Origin: Azolla caroliniana
Lineage: Eukaryota > Plantae > Polypodiophyta
Reading direction: 5' to 3'
DNA length: 50,419 bases
Assembly (NCBI GenBank): GCA_043228905.1
Contig: JBHGNT010000221.1
Coordinates: 1-50,419, forward strand
Position numbers and translations under genes: made by a program. The notes beneath the pieces were generated by a model. It saw nothing but the letters and a program-made list of their open reading frames with translations. It searched no databases and had not been told where the DNA came from. Below, one piece after another: positions 1 through 13,389 of the stretch (its first letter is position 1; each line of letters starts with the position of its first letter).

Positions 1-169
1 ATCATACCTCGCGATGCTAGCTTCGTTTCGCATATTTGAACACAGAAATCCGATATCACACGAGCCAGGTATGAACATTTTAATTTACTCAAGGGCTCTT
101 CTCAACTCCCTCCTCATCTTTGCTAATTTCGTCATGTCTCTCGACCTGAGTTTCAAAATCTTGATTTTT

Positions 170-347
170 GAATTCTATATCATAGCTCGCGTTGCTAGCT
201 TCGATTCGAATATTTGAACATAGAAATTCGATATCACACGAGCCAGGTATGAACATTTTAATTTACTCAAGGGCTCTTCTCAACTCCCTCCTCAAGTTTG
301 CTAATTTCTTCATGTCTCTCGACCTGAGTTTCAAAATCTTGATTTTT
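170..347. repeat. Representative single monomer (EcoRI to EcoRI, 178 bp) with EcoRI, NheI and EcoRV sites
   Basis: GAATTC at 170-175 and again at 348-353, with GCTAGC and GATATC inside. The consensus has 67/178 G+C by manual count. Confidence 0.97.
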
Positions 348-1378
348 GAATTCTATATCATACCTAGCGTTGCTAGCTTCGATTCGCATATTTGAACACA
401 GAAATCGGATATCACACGAGCCAGGTATGAACATTTTAATTTACTCAAGGGCTCTTCTCAACTCCCTCCTCAAGTTTGCTAATTTCTTCATATCTCCTGA
501 CCTGAGTTTCAAAATCTTGATTTTAAATTCTATATCATACCTAGCGTTGCTAGCTTCGATTCGCATATTTGAACTTCAAAATCGGATATCACACGAGCCA
601 GGTATGAACATTTTAATTTACTCAAGCGCTCTTCTCAACTCCATCCTCATCTTTGCTAATTTCCTCATGTCTCTCGACCTGAGTTTCAAAATCTTGATTT
701 TCTAATTCTATATCATACCTAGCGTTGCTAGCTTCGATTCGAATATTTGAACACAGAAATCCGATATCACACGAGCCAGGTATGAACATTTTAATTTACT
801 CAAGGGCTCTTCTCAACTCCCTCCTCAAGTTTGCTAATTTCTTCATATCTCCTGACCTGATTTTCAAAATCTTGATTTTTTAATTCTATATCATAGCTCC
901 CGTTGCTAGCTTCGATTTGCATATTTGAACACAGAAATCCGATATCACACGAGCCAGGTATGAACATTTTAATTTACTCAAGGGCTCTTCTCAACTCCCT
1001 CCTCAAGTTTGCAAATTTCTTCATATATCCTGACCTGAGTTTCATAATCTTGAATTTTGAATTCTATATCATAGCTAGCGTTGCTAGCTTCGATTCGCAT
1101 ATTTGAACACAGAAATCCGATATCACACGAGCCAGGTATGAACATTTTAATTTACTCAAGGGCTCTTCTCAACTCCCTCCTCAAGTTTGCTAACTTCTTC
1201 ATATCTCCTGACCTGAGTTTCAAAATCTTGATTTTTGAATTCTATATCATAGCTCGCGTTGCTAGCTTCGATTCGAATATTTGAACATAAAAATCCGATA
1301 TCACACGAGCCAGGTATGAACATTTTAATTTACTCAAGGGCTCTTCTCAACTCCCTCCTCAAGTTTGCTAATTTCTTC

Positions 1379-4269
1379 ATATCTCCTGACCTGAGTTTCA
1401 AAATCTTGATTTTTGAATTCTATATCATAGCTAGCGTTGCTAGCTTCGATTTGTATATTTGAACACAGAAATCGGATATCACACGAGCCAGGTATGAACA
1501 TTTTAATTTACTCAAGGGCTCTTCTCAACTCCCTCCTCAAGTTTGCTAATTTCTTCATATCGCCTGACCTGAGTTTCAAAATCTTGATTTTTGAATTCTA
1601 TATCATAGCTAGCGTTGCTAGGTTCGATTCGCATATTTGAACACAGAAATCCGATATCACACGAGCCAGGTATGAACATTTTAATTTACTCTAGGGCTCT
1701 TCTCAACTCCCTCCTCAAGTTTGCTAATTTCGTCATGTCTCTCGACGTGAGTTTCAAAATCTTGATTTTTGAATTCTATATCATACCTAGCGTTGCTAGC
1801 TTCGATTCGCATATTTGAACACAAAAATCCGATATCACACGAGCCAGGTATGAACATTTTAATTTATCAAGGGCTCTTTTCAACTCCCTCCTCAAGTTTG
1901 CTAATTTCTTCATATCGCCTGACCTGAGTTTCAAAATCTTGATTTTTGAATTCTATATCATAGCTAGCGTTGCTAGCTTCGATTCGCATATTTGAACTTC
2001 AAAATCGGATATCACACGAGCCAGGTATGAACATTTTAATTTACTCAAGCGCTCTTCTCAACTCCATCCTCATCTTTGCTAATTTCCTCATGTCTCTCGA
2101 CCTGAGTTTCAAAATCTTGATTTTCTAATTCTATATCATACCTAGCGTTGCTAGCTTCGATTCGAATATTTGAACACAGAAATCCGATATCACACGAGCC
2201 AGGTATGAACCTTTTAATTTACTCAAGGGCTCTTCTCAACTCCCTCCTCAAGTTTGCTAATTTCTTCATATCTCCTGACCTGATCTTCAAAATCTTGATT
2301 TTTGAATTCTATATCATACCTAGCGTTGCTAGCTTCGATTCGAATATTTGAACACAGAAATCCGATATCACACGAGCCAGGTATGAACATTTTAATTTAC
2401 TCAAGGGCTCTTCTCAACTCCCTCCTCAAGTTTGCTAATTTCTTCATATATCCTGACCTGAGTTTCAAAATCTTGAATTTCGAATTCTATATCATACCTC
2501 GCGTTGCTAGATTCGTTTCGCATATTTGAACACAAAAATCCGATATCACATGAGCCAGGTATGAACATTTTAATTTATCAAGGGCTCTTCTCAACTCCCT
2601 CCTCAAGTTTGCTAATTTCGTCATGTCTCTCGACCTGAGTTTCAAAATCTTGATTTTTGAATTCTATATCATACCTAGCGTTGCTAGCTTCGATTCGCAT
2701 ATTTGAACACAGAAATCCGATATCACACGAGCCAGGTATGAACATTTTAATTTACTCAAGGGCTCTTCTCAACTCCCTCCTCAAGTTTGCTAATTTCTTT
2801 ATATCTCCTGACCTGAGTTTCAAAATCTTGATTTTTGAATTCTATATCATAGCTAGCGTTGCTAGCTTCGATTTGTATATTTGAACACAGAAATCGGATA
2901 TCACACGAGCCAGGTATGAACATTTTAATTTACTCAAGGGCTCTTCTCAACTCCCTCCTCAAGTTTGCTAATTTCTTCATATCGCCTGACCTGAGTTTCA
3001 AAATCTTGATTTTTGAATTCTATATCATAGCTAGCGTTGCTAGCTTCGATTCGCATATTTGAACACAGAAATCCGATATCACACGAGCCAGGTATGAACA
3101 TTTTAATTTACTCTAGGGCTCTTCTCAACTCCCTCCTCAAGTTTGCTAATTTCGTCATGTCTCTCGACGTGAGTTTCAAAATCTTGATTTTTGAATTCTA
3201 TATCATACCTAGCGTTGCTAGCTTCGATTCGCATATTTGAACACAAAAATCCGATATCACACGAGCCAGGTATGAACATTTTAATTTATCAAGGGCTCTT
3301 TTCAACTCCCTCCTCAAGTTTGCTAATTTCTTCATATCGCCTGACCTGAGTTTCAAAATCTTGATTTTTGAATTCTATATCATAGCTAGCGTTGCTAGCT
3401 TCGATTCGCATATTTGAACTTCAAAATCGGATATCACACGAGCCAGGTATGAACATTTTAATTTACTCAAGCGCTCTTCTCAACTCCATCCTCATCTTTG
3501 CTAATTTCCTCATGTCTCTCGACCTGAGTTTCAAAATCTTGATTTTCTAATTCTATATCATACCTAGCGTTGCTAGCTTCGATTCGAATATTTGAACACA
3601 GAAATCCGATATCACACGAGCCAGGTATGAACCTTTTAATTTACTCAAGGGCTCTTCTCAACTCCCTCCTCAAGTTTGCTAATTTCTTCATATCTCCTGA
3701 CCTGATCTTCAAAATCTTGATTTTTGAATTCTATATCATACCTAGCGTTGCTAGCTTCGATTCGAATATTTGAACACAGAAATCCGATATCACACGAGCC
3801 AGGTATGAACATTTTAATTTACTCAAGGGCTCTTCTCAACTCCCTCCTCAAGTTTGCTAATTTCTTCATATATCCTGACCTGAGTTTCAAAATCTTGAAT
3901 TTCGAATTCTATATCATACCTCGCGTTGCTAGATTCGTTTCGCATATTTGAACACAAAAATCCGATATCACATGAGCCAGGTATGAACATTTTAATTTAT
4001 CAAGGGCTCTTCTCAACTCCCTCCTCAAGTTTGCTAATTTCGTCATGTCTCTCGACCTGAGTTTCAAAATCTTGATTTTTGAATTCTATATCATACCTAG
4101 CGTTGCTAGCTTCGATTCGCATATTTGAACACAGAAATCCGATATCACACGAGCCAGGTATGAACATTTTAATTTACTCAAGGGCTCTTCTCAACTCCCT
4201 CCTCAAGTTTGCTAATTTCTTTATATCTCCTGACCTGAGTTTCAAAATCTTGATTTTTGAATTCTATAT
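1379..4269. repeat. 8-mer higher-order repeat, period 1422 bp, about 2 copies
   Basis: Variant monomers recur at +1422 (1437/2859, 1615/3037, 2148/3570, 2302/3724, 2657/4079). Each unit has two 1-bp deletions (8 x 178 - 2). Confidence 0.92.
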
Positions 4270-7200
4270 TATACCTGGTGTTGCTAGCTTCGATTCGCAT
4301 ATTTGAACTTCAAAATCGGATATCACACGAGCCAGGTATGAACATTTTAATTTACTCAAGCGCTCTCCTCAACTCCATCCTCATCTTTGCTAATTTCCTC
4401 ATGTCTCTCGACCTGAGTGTCAAAATCTTGATTTTTTAATTCTATATCATAGCTAGCGTTGCTAGCTTCGATTCGCATATTTGAACACAGAAATCCGATA
4501 TCACACGAGCCAGGTATGAACATTTTAATTTACTCAAGGGCTCTTCTCAACTCCCTCCTCAAGTTTGCTAATTTCTTCATATATCCTGACCTGAGTTTCA
4601 AAATCTTGAATTCTGAATTCTATATCATACCTAGCGTTGCTAGCTTCGATTCGCATATTTGAACTTCAAAATCGGATATCACACGAGCCAGGTATGAACA
4701 TTTTAATTTACTCAAGGGCTCTTCTCAACTCCCTCCTCAAGTTTGCAAATTTCTTCATATATCCTGACCTGAGTTTCAAAATCTTGAATTTTGAATTCTA
4801 TATCATACCTCGCGATGCTAGCTTCGTTTCGCATATTTGAACACAGAAATCCGATATCACACGAGCCAGGTATGAACATTTTAATTTACTCAAGGGCTCT
4901 TCTCAACTCCCTCCTCATCTTTGCTAATTTCGTCATGTCTCTCGACCTGAGTTTCAAAATCTTGATTTTTGAATTCTATATCATAGCTCGCGTTGCTAGC
5001 TCCGATTCGAATATTTGAACATAAAAATCCGATATCACACGTGCCAGGTATGAACATTTTAATTTACTTAAGGGCTCTTCTCAACTCCCTCCTCAAGTTT
5101 GCTAATTTCTTCATATCTTCTGACCTGAGTTTCAAAATCTTGATTTTTGAATTCTATAGCATAGCTCGCGTTGCTAGCTTCCATTCGAATATTTGAACAT
5201 AGAAATCCGATATCACACGAGCCAGGTATGAACCTTTTAATTTACTCAAGGGCTCTTCTCAAGTCCCTCCTCAAGTTTGCTAATTTCTTCATATCTCCTG
5301 ACCTGAGTTTCAAAATCTTGATTTTTGAATTCTATATCATAGCTAGCGTTGCTACCTTCGATTCGCATATTTGAACACAGAAATCCGATATCACACGAGC
5401 CAGGTATGAACATTTTAATTTACTCAAGGGCTCTTCTCAACTCCCTCCTCAAGTTTGCTAATTTCTTCATATCTCCTGACCTGAGTTTCAAAATATTGAT
5501 TTTCTAATTCTATATCATAGCTTGCGTTGCTACCTTCGATTCGCATATTTGAACACAAAAATCCAATATCACACGAGCCAGGTATGAACATTTTAATTTA
5601 CTCAAGGGCTCTTCTCAACTCCCTCCTCAAGTTTGCCAATTTCGTCATGTCTCTCGACCTGAGTTTCAAAATCTTGATTTTTGAATTCTATATCATAGCT
5701 AGCGTTGCTAGCTTCGATTCGCATATTTGAACACAGAAATCCGATATCACACGAGCCAGGTATGAACATTTTAATTTACTCTAGGGCTATTCTCAACTCC
5801 CTCCTCAAGTTTGCTAATTTCTTCATATCTCCTGACCTGAGTTTCAAAATCTTGATTTTTTAATTCTATATCATAGCTCGCGTTGCTAGCTTCGATTTGC
5901 ATATGTGAACACAGAAATCTGATATCACACGAGCCAGGTATGAACATTTTAATTTACTCAAGGGCTCTTCTCAACTCCCTCCTCAAGTTTGCTAATTTCG
6001 TCATGTCTCTCGACCTGAGTTTCAAAATCTTGAATTCTGAATTCTATATCATACCTAGCGTTGCTAGCTTCGATTCGCATATTTGAACTTCAAAATCGGA
6101 TATCACACGAGCCAGGTATGAACATTTTAATTTACTCAAGGGCTCTTCTCAACTCCCTCCTCAAGTTTGCAAATTTCTTCATATATCCTGACCTGAGTTT
6201 CAAAATCTTGAATTTTGAATTCTATATCATACCTCGCGATGCTAGCTTCGTTTCGCATATTTGAACACAGAAATCCGATATCACACGAGCCAGGTATGAA
6301 CATTTTAATTTACTCAAGCGCTCTTCTCAACTCCCTTCCTCATCTTTGCTAATTTCTTTATATCTCCTGACCTGAGTTTCAAAATCTTGATTTTTGAATT
6401 CTATATCATACCTAGCGTTGCTAGCTTCGATTCGCATATTTGAACTTCAAAATCGGATATCACACGAGCCAGGTATGAACATTTTAATTTACTCAAGCGC
6501 TCTTCTCAACTCCATCCTCATCTTTGCTAATTTCCTCATGTCTCTCGACCTGAGTTTCAACATCTTGATTTTTGAATTCTATATCATAGCTTGCGTTGCT
6601 ACCTTCGATTCGCATAGTTGAACACAGAAATCCGATATAACACGAGCCAGGTATGAACATTTTAATTTACTCAAGGGCTCTTCTCAACTCCCTCCTCAAG
6701 TTTGCTAATTTCGTCATGTCTCTCGACGTGAGTTTCAAAATCTTGATTTTTGAATTCTATATCATACCTAGCGTTGCTAGCTTCGATTCGCATATTTGAA
6801 CACAAAAATCCGATATCACATGAGCCAGGTATGAACATTTTAATTTATCAAGGGCTCTTCTCAACTCCCTCCTCAAGTTTGCTAATTTCGTCATGTCTCT
6901 CGACCTGAGTTTCAAAATCTTGATTTTTGAATTCTATATCATACCTAGCGTTGCTAGCTTCGATTCGCATATTTGAACACAGAAATCCGATATCACACGA
7001 GCCAGGTATGAACATTTTAATTTACTCAAGGGCTCTTCTCAACTCCCTCCTCAAGTTTGCTAATTTCTTTATATCTCCTGACCTGAGTTTCAAAATCTTG
7101 ATTTTTGAATTCTATATTATACCTGGCGTTGCTAGCTTCGATTCGCATATTTGAACTTCAAAATTGGATATCACACGAGCCAGGTATGAACATTTTAATT

Positions 7201-9800
7201 TACTCAAGCGCTCTCCTCAACTCCATCCTCATCTTTTTTCTAATTTCCTCATGTCTCTCGACCTGAGTTTCAAAATCTTGATTTTTTAATTCTATATCAT
7301 AGCTAGCGTTGCTAGCTTCGATTCGCATATTTGAACACAGAAATCCGATATCACACGAGCCAGGTATGAACATTTTAATTTACTCAAGGGCTCTTCTCAA
7401 CTCCCTCCTCAAGTTTGCTAATTTCTTCATATATGCTGACCTGAGTTTCAAAATCCTGAATTCTGAATTCTATATCATACCTAGCGTTGCTAGCTTCGAT
7501 TCGCATATTTGAACTTCAAAATCGGATATCACACGAGCCAGGTATGAACATTTTAATTTACTCAAGGGCTCTTCTCAACTCCCTCCTCAAGTTTGCAAAT
7601 TTCTTCATATATCCTGACCTGAGTTTCAAAATCTTGAATTTTGAATTCTATATCATACCTCGCGATGCTAGCTTCGTTTCGCATATTTGAACACAGAAAT
7701 CCGATATCACACGAGCCAGGTATGAACATTTTAATTTACTCAAGGGCTCTTCTCAACTCCCTCCTCATCTTTGCTAATTTCGTCATGTCTCTCGACCTGA
7801 GTTTCAAAATCTTGATTTTTGAATTCTATATCATAGCTCGCGTTGCTAGCTTCGATTCGAATATTTGAACATAAAAATCCGATATCACACGTGCCAGGTA
7901 TGAACATTTTAATTTACTTAAGGGCTCTTCTCAACTCCCTCCTCAAGTTTGCTAATTTCTTCATATCTACTGACCTGAATTTCAAAATCTTGATTTTTGA
8001 ATTCTATAGCATAGCTCGCGTTGCTAGCTTCCATTCGAATATTTGAACACAGAAATCTGATATCACACGAGCCAGGTATGAACCTTTTAATTTACTCAAG
8101 GGCTCTTCTCAAGTCCCTCCTCAAGTTTGCTAATTTCTTCATATCTCCTGACCTGAGTTTCAAAATCTTGATTTTTGAATTCTATATCATAGCTAGCGTT
8201 GCTACCTTCGATTCGCATATTTGAACACAGAAATCCGATATCACACGAGCCAGGTATGAACATTTTAATTTACTCAAGGGCTCTTCTCAACTCCCTCCTC
8301 AAGTTTGCTAATTTCTTCATATCTCCTGACCTGAGTTTCAAAATCTTGATTTTTGAATTCTATATCATAGCTCGAGTTGCTAGCTTCGATTCGAATATTT
8401 GAACTTCAAAATCCGATATCACACGAGCCAGGTATGAACATTTTAATTTACTCAAGCGCTCTTCTCAACTCCCTTCCTCATCTTTGCTAATTTCGTCATG
8501 TCTCTCGACCTGAGTTTCAAAATCTTGATTTTTGAATTCTATATCATAGCTAGCGTTGCTAGCTTCGATTCGCATATTTGAACACAGAAATCGGATATCA
8601 CACGAGCCAGGTATGAACATTTTAATTTACTCAAGGGCTCTTCTCAACTCCCTCCTCAAGTTTGCTAATTTCGTCATGTCTCTCGACCTGAGTTTCAAAA
8701 CCTTGATTTTTGAATTCTATATCATACCTAGCGTTGCTAGCTTCGATTCGCATATTTGAACTTCAAAATCCGATATCACACGAGCCAGGTATGAACATTT
8801 TAATTTACTCAAGGGCTCTTCTCAACTCCCTCCTCTAGTTTGCTAATTTCTTCATATCTCCTGACCTGATCTTCAAAATCTTGATTTTTGAATTCTATAT
8901 CATACCTAGCGTTGCTAGGTTCGATTCGAATATTTGAACTTCAAAATCCGATATCACACGAGCCAGGTATGAACATTTTAATTTACTCAAGGGCTCTTCT
9001 CAACTCCCTCCTCAAGTTTGCTAATTTCGTCATGTCTCTCGACCTGAGTTTCAAAATCTTGATTTTTGAATTCTATATCATACCTAGCGTTGCTAGCTTC
9101 GATTCGCATATTTGAACACAGAAATCGGATATAACACGAGCCAGGTATGAACATTTTAATTTACTCAAGGGCTCTTCTCAACTCCCTCCTCAAGTTTGCT
9201 AATTTCTTCATATCTCCTGACCTGAGTTTCAAAATCTTGATTTTTGAATTCTATATCATACCTAGTGTTGCTAGCTTCGATTCTCATATTTGAACTTCAA
9301 AATCGGATATCACACGAGCCAGGTATGAACATTTTAATTTACTCAAGCGCTCTTCTCAACTCCATCCTCATCTTTGCTAATTTCCTCATGTCTCTCGACC
9401 TGAGTTTCAAAATCTTGATTTTTGAATTCTATATCATAGCTTGCGTTGCTACCTTCGATTCGCATAGTTGAACACAGAAATCCGATATAACACGAGCCAG
9501 GTATGAACATTTTAATTTACTCAAGGGCTCTTCTCAACTCCCTCCTCAAGTTTGCTAATTTCGTCATGTCTCTCGACGTGAGTTTCAAAATCTTGATTTT
9601 TGAATTCTATATCATACCTAGCGTTGCTAGCTTCGATTCGCATATTTGAACACAGAAATCCGATATCACACGAGCCAGGTATGAACATTTTAATTTATCA
9701 AGGGCTCTTCTCAACTCCCTCCTCAAGTTTGCTAATTTCGTCATGTCTCTCGACCTGAGTTTCAAAATCTTGATTTTTGAATTCTATATCATACCTAGCG
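3930..9800. repeat. Partial, interrupted 16-mer duplication, offset 2848-2850 bp
   Basis: 4079/6927, 4459/7309, 4637/7487, 4993/7843, 5171/8021 and 6394/9244 share private variants (CACATGAG, TATTATACCTGG, GAATTCTGAATTC, AAGTCCC, CATAGTTG). The monomers at about 5500-6390 and 8350-9240 do not match. Confidence 0.8.
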
Positions 9801-9812
9801 TTGCTAGCTTCA

Positions 9813-12800
9813 ATTCGCATATTTGAACACAGAAATCGGATATAACACGAGCCAGGTATGAACATTTTAATTTACTCAAGGGCTCTTCTCAACTCCCTCC
9901 TCAAGTTTGCTAATTTCTTCATATCTCCTGAGTTTCAAAATCTTGATTTTCTAATTCTATATCATACCTAGCGTTGCTACCTTCGATTCGCATATTTGAA
10001 CACAGAAATACGATATCACACGAGCCAGGTATGAACATTTTAATTTACTCAAGGGCTCTTCTCAACTCCCTCCTCAAGTTTGCTAATTTCGTCATGTCTC
10101 TCGACCTGAGTTTCAAAATCTTGATTTTTGAATTCTATATCATACCTAGCGTTGCTAGCTTCGATTCGCATATTTGAACACAGAAATCCGATATCACACG
10201 AGCCAGGTATGAACATTTTAATTTACTCAAGGGCTCTTCTCAACTCCCTCCTCAAGTTTGCTAATTTCTTCATATCTCCTGACCTGAGTTTCAAAATCTT
10301 GATTTTTGAATTCTATATCATAGCTCGCGTTGCTAGCTTCGATTCGAATATTTGAACATAAAAATCCGATATCACACGAGCCAGGTATGAACATTTTAAT
10401 TTACTCAAGGGCTCTTCTAAACTCCCTCCTCAAGTTTGCTAATTTCTTCATATCTCCTGACCTGAGTTTCAAAATCTTGATTTTTGAATTCTATATCATA
10501 GCTCGCGTTGCTAGCTTCGATTCGAATATTTGAACTTCAAAATCCGATATCACACGAGCCAGTTATGAACATTTTAATTTACTCAAGGGCTCCTCTCAAC
10601 TCCATCCTCAAGTTTGCTAATATTATTCATGTGTCTCGACCTGAGTTTCAAAATCTTGATTTTTGAATTCTAGATCATAGCTAGCGTTGCTAGCTTCGAT
10701 TCGAATATTTGAACACAGAAATCCGATATCACACGAGCCAGGTATGAACATTTTAATTTACTTAAGGGCTCTTCTCAACTCCCTCCTCAAGTTTGCTAAT
10801 TTCTTCATATCTCCTGACCTGAGTTTCAAAATCTTGATTTTCTAATTCTATATCATAGCTAGCGTTGCTACCTTCGATTCGCATATTTGAACACAGAAAT
10901 ACGATATCACACGAGCCAGGTATGAACATTTTAATTTACTCTAGGGCTCTTCTCAACTCCCTCCTCAAGTTTGCTAATTTCGTCATGTCTCTCGACCTGA
11001 GTTCCAAAATCTTGATTTTTGAATTCTATATCATAGCTAGTGTTGCTAGCTTCAATTCGCATATTTGAACACAAAAATCCGATATCACACGAGGCAGGTA
11101 TGAACATTTTAATTTACTCAAGGGCTCTTCTCAACTCCCTCCTCAAGTTTGCTAATTTCTTCATATCTCCTGACCTGAGTTTCAAAATCTTGATTTTTGA
11201 ATTCTATATCATAGCTCGCGTTGCTAGCTTCGATTCGAATATTTGAACATAAAAATCCGATATCACACGAGCCAGGTATGAACATTTTAATTTACTCAAG
11301 GGCTCTTCTCAACTCCCTCCTCAAGTTTGCTAATTTCTTCATATATCCTGACCTGAGTTTCAAAATCTTGATTTTTGAATTCTATATCATACCTCGCGTT
11401 GCTAGATTCGTTTCGCATATTTGAACACAGAAATCCGATATCACACGAGCCAGGTATGAACATTTTAATTTACTCTAGGGCTCTTCTCAACTCCCTCCTC
11501 AAGTTTGCTAATTTCGTCATGTCTCTCGACGTGAGTTTCAAAATCTTGATTTTTGAATTCTATATCATACCTAGCGTTGCTAGCTTCGATTCGCATATTT
11601 GAACACAGAAATCGGATATAACACGAGCCAGGTATGAACATTTTAATTTACTCAAGGGCTCTTCTCAACTCCCTCCTCAAGTTTGCTAATTTCTTCATAT
11701 CTCCTGAGTTTCAAAATCTTGATTTTCTAATTCTATATCATACCTAGCGTTGCTACCTTCGATTCGCATATTTGAACACAGAAATACGATATCACACGAG
11801 CCAGGTATGAACATTTTAATTTACTCAAGGGCTCTTCTCAACTCCCTCCTCAAGTTTGCTAATTTCGTCATGTCTCTCGACCTGAGTTTCAAAATCTTGA
11901 TTTTTGAATTCTATATCATACCTAGCGTTGCTAGCTTCGATTCGCATATTTGAACACAGAAATCCGATATCACACGAGCCAGGTATGAACATTTTAATTT
12001 ACTCAAGGGCTCTTCTCAACTCCCTCCTCAAGTTTGCTAATTTCTTCATATCTCCTGACCTGAGTTTCAAAATCTTGATTTTTGAATTCTATATCATAGC
12101 TCGTGTTGCTAGCTTCGATTCGAATATTTGAACTTCAAAATCCGATATCACACGAGCCAGGTATGAACATTTTAATTTACTCAAGGGCTCTTCTAAACTC
12201 CCTCCTCAAGTTTGCTAATTTCTTCATATCTCCTGACCTGAGTTTCAAAATCTTGATTTTTGAATTCTATATCATAGCTCGCGTTGCTAGCTTCGATTCG
12301 AATATTTGAACTTCAAAATCCGATATCACACGAGCCAGTTATGAACATTTTAATTTACTCAAGGGCTCCTCTCAACTCCATCCTCAAGTTTGCTAATATT
12401 ATTCATCTGTCTCGACCTGAGTTTCAAAATCTTGATTTTTGAATTCTAGATCATAGCTAGCGTTGCTAGCTTCGATTCGAATATTTGAACACAGAAATCC
12501 GATATCACACGAGCCAGGTATGAACATTTTAATTTACTTAAGGGCTCTTCTCAACTCCCTCCTCAAGTTTGCTAATTTCTTCATATCTCCTGACCTGAGT
12601 TTCAAAATCTTGATTTTCTAATTCTATATCATAGCTAGCGTTGCTACCTTCGATTCGCATATTTGAACACAGAAATACGATATCACACGAGCCAGGTATG
12701 AACATTTTAATTTACTCAAGGGCTCTTCTCAACTCCCTCCTCAAGTTTGCTAATTTCGTCATGTCTCTCGACCTGAGTTCCAAAATCTTGATTTTTGAAT

Positions 12801-13389
12801 TCTATATCATAGCTAGCGTTGCTAGCTTCGATTCGCATATTTGAACACAGAAATCCGATATCACACGAGCCAGGTATGAACATTTTAATTTACTCAAGGG
12901 CTCTTCTCAACTCCCTCCTCAAGTTTGCTAATTTCTTCATATCTCCTGACCTGAGTTTCAAAATCTTGATTTTTGAATTCTATATCATAGCTCGCGTTGC
13001 TAGCTTCGATTCGAATATTTGAACATAAAAATCCGATATCACACGAGCCAGGTATGAACATTTTAATTTACTCAAGGGCTCTTCTCAACTCCCTCCTCAA
13101 GTTTGCTAATTTCTTCATATATCCTGACCTGAGTTTCAAAATCTTGAATTTCGAATTCTATATCATACCTCGCGTTGCTAGATTCGTTTCGCATATTTGA
13201 ACACAGAAATCCGATATCACACGAGCCAGGTATGAACATTTTAATTTACTCTAGGGCTCTTCTCAACTCCCTCCTCAAGTTTGCTAATTTCGTCATGTCT
13301 CTCGACGTGAGTTTCAAAATCTTGATTTTTGAATTCTATATCATACCTAGCGTTGCTAGCTTCGATTCGCATATTTGAACACAGAAATC
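9813..13389. repeat. 10-mer higher-order repeat, period 1776 bp, about 2 copies
   Basis: Matching pairs are 9974/11750, 10128/11904, 10865/12641 and 11221/12997. Shared markers are a 5-bp deletion, AAATACGAT, CTTCTAAAC, CCAGTTATG, TCTAGA and GTTCCAAA. The period equals 10 x 178 - 5 + 1. Confidence 0.92.

Noticed and set aside
20-38. CENP-B box-like CTTCG motif
   Set aside because: Only TTCG matches. The required A and CGGG of NTTCGNNNNANNCGGGN are absent.
190-260. Tandem exon-intron gene: CAG/GTATGA donor-like site, CTAAT branch-like motif and TAG acceptors would give 48- or 57-nt in-frame exons per monomer
   Set aside because: The acceptor AGs are lost in common alleles (CGCG, GCTACC) and in-frame stops occur in frequent alleles (ATATAA, CTTTAA). 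The would-be intron is as conserved as the exon. Spliced RNA-seq reads would be needed to revive the idea.
7231-7242. Unique +2 T-run variant (ATCTTTTTTC) as a meaningful allele
   Set aside because: It is a single occurrence in a homopolymer and could be slippage or a sequencing/consensus error.
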